Origin: Lama guanicoe
Taxonomy: Eukaryota
Assembly: GCA_013239625.1 (NCBI GenBank)
Contig: MU053881.1
Coordinates: 16,174,373-16,238,372 of the forward strand
Reading direction: 5' to 3'
DNA: 64,000 bases
Part shown: piece by piece, positions 62,294 to 64,000 of the stretch
How the letters are laid out: each line of letters opens with the position of its first letter
How positions within the stretch are numbered: the first letter of the stretch is position 1
Made by a program: the position numbers and the translations under genes
Notes under the pieces: model-generated
What the model was told of the DNA's origin: nothing
Seen by the model: the letters and a program-made list of their open reading frames with translations, nothing else
Database searches by the model: none

Positions 62294-62852
62294 TGTATCA
62301 GTCACAGCTAATCCATAGTGATGCTTGGCTAGGAATGCCTGGGGCTTGTACACCTTGTGGGAGCCCCCACAGACATTCCCCTGGCCAGAGTCAAAGCTGT
62401 GGCTGGACCAGCCCCTGTGGTTCTTATTATGATTATAAGACGCACCTCAGCAACAACCATCAGGGAACTTTGAAGAGCAAGATTTCTTACTCATGGGTCC
62501 CGGAGGGGACATGACCCTCCCAAGGGCCACACAGCGAGGTCGCAGGTAGAGAGAAAGAAGGCACGAACCTGAGTTTCTGCCTTCATTGAGGTCTGAGGGT
62601 GGAGTGCCTAGGGTTTTGCAGATTCACTTTTTATTGGCAAATTTCAAATGTAATGGCAGGAATTAGGGTGCGGGAAAGGGAAAGGCAGGGCCGTTCTCAC
62701 GCGGCCAGTTACCTAGTTGCCCAGGGCTTTCTAAGAGAGGGATCTTCATGGCGGGGAAGCCTGATGTCTTATCTGGTTGATTATCTAGGAGCTTGGATGT
62801 CTTGGAATGGATGCCTTTGCAATCAAAAGCTTAACATCAGGCACTTACACCA
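62294..62852. mobile_element. Probable ERV LTR remnant
   Basis: Begins tgtatcagtc and ends near cacttacaccaca; LTR-like composition; family not identified. Confidence 0.4.
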
Positions 62853-63991
62853 CAGAGGGCTTTTGAAATGAGTGAGGGAAATGGAAGTCCTTCTTACTGT
62901 ATGCAACAGACCCCAGTGACAAGCCCCTATGTGACCCACCAGCTCCAGGTCTCTTGGTTTCCCAAAGGGTGATCCTGAGACCAGGCCACAGAGGGTCCTC
63001 AGGGCAGGTGCATGCAGCTGCCCTTAAAAGATGCTTGTTGCCATGGCAATCATGGGGGATCCCAAAGATGGGTGGGAGCTATGGCACCTGAAGCCCATTG
63101 GAGCCGCCCGGGCATCTTTCTCAACTTTGACCTTCAGCCCTCTCATGTCCAAGGCCCCATCTTAGGAAGTTTGGAAAAACAAGCTCAATTTGGCCCAAGC
63201 CCCTCCTGGGCCAGGGGGCTCCCTGAACCTCCAGCTGTGTTTCCAGCTCCACAGTGAGACTCAGGATGGTGACACTCAGCATGGCCGTGACCACTGTCTT
63301 GTCGGGTGAGGGAGCAAGACGCAGGTGGACTGGCCCAACTGTCTGGCCCCAGCAGGCCTGCTGGGGACATCTCTGTTCCTCCCTTTGATGTGTTAGGGAG
63401 AACCCACCCTGTGCCACACGGATACGGGCTCTCTCAGGCCTTACCCTGGCACGAAGCCTCCTCCACCCATCTCAGAGACACTGGCCACCCCATCCCCTTG
63501 GGCCCACAGTCTGCAGGTTCCTCTCTGAATATCAGCTTCCCTCTCTGTCACCAGCACCCAGCACATGGAAGGCCTGGCATGTAGCAGGCCTCAGGGGACA
63601 ACTTACCCTCCAGCTCCCTGCCCCATGCCACAGAAGGGGAAATGGAGGGCTGGCACTGGCGAGTGACTGGGTCTCCCCCAGTGGCCTGGGCTCCCTCGAC
63701 CCCATGGAGCTACTTTCCGTACTTGGGTCACAGCATGAGGTTCGGGGCAAAACATAGCCCAGAGCTGATGGACCTGACTCAAGCCCAGAAGCCTTGGCGA
63801 GGGCTTTTCCCTACGATCTCAGTGTCTCAGTTGTGATACGGGCTGACCAATGACCCAGCCAAGGTTTTTTGTGCAGAGGGGCTGCCAGCCAGGCCCGGAT
63901 CAGGCTCAGGGGTTGTGGGGACAGAGGGGGCCGTGAATTCCACTGTGGGGCTCGAGTTCAAGGACCTTTCTCTCTCTCCTCTCATCGGAAG

Positions 63992-64000
63992 ATGGCTGCA
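63992..64000 (+). CDS. CPAMD8: CPAMD8 local exon 33, first 9 nt (cut by window edge)
   Basis: Pyrimidine tract + aag|A TGG CTG CA completes R then W-L-(H), the expected continuation of EVCT, in the right phase (2). Confidence 0.75.

Overview
Mammalian genomic DNA, occupied end to end by the central part of one + strand gene, CPAMD8 (C3 and PZP-like alpha-2-macroglobulin domain-containing 8, a thioester-protein family member). I traced by hand 32 complete coding exons plus the first 9 nt of a 33rd (4674-64000, about 4.39 kb of CDS, about 1460 codons). Splice phases match throughout and I saw no stop or frameshift. The 5' exons (signal peptide) and 3' exons (rest of the receptor-binding domain, Kazal domain) lie outside the window. 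Exon numbers are local. Introns are full of L1, MaLR/ERV LTR, MER20/MER58/Tigger DNA elements and about ten tRNA-Ala(AGC)-derived SINEs that point to a camelid. Repeat family names come from recognition, not a database search. I found no evidence of a new gene or biological system. The most interesting observations are regulatory or splicing oddities: an intronic minisatellite built from perfect p53/p63 half-sites, a GC splice donor with an in-frame GT alternative, an 18-nt microexon, an exon behind a 226-nt A-free microsatellite (implying a distant branch point), a tight inverted SINE pair, and a short locally templated insertion.
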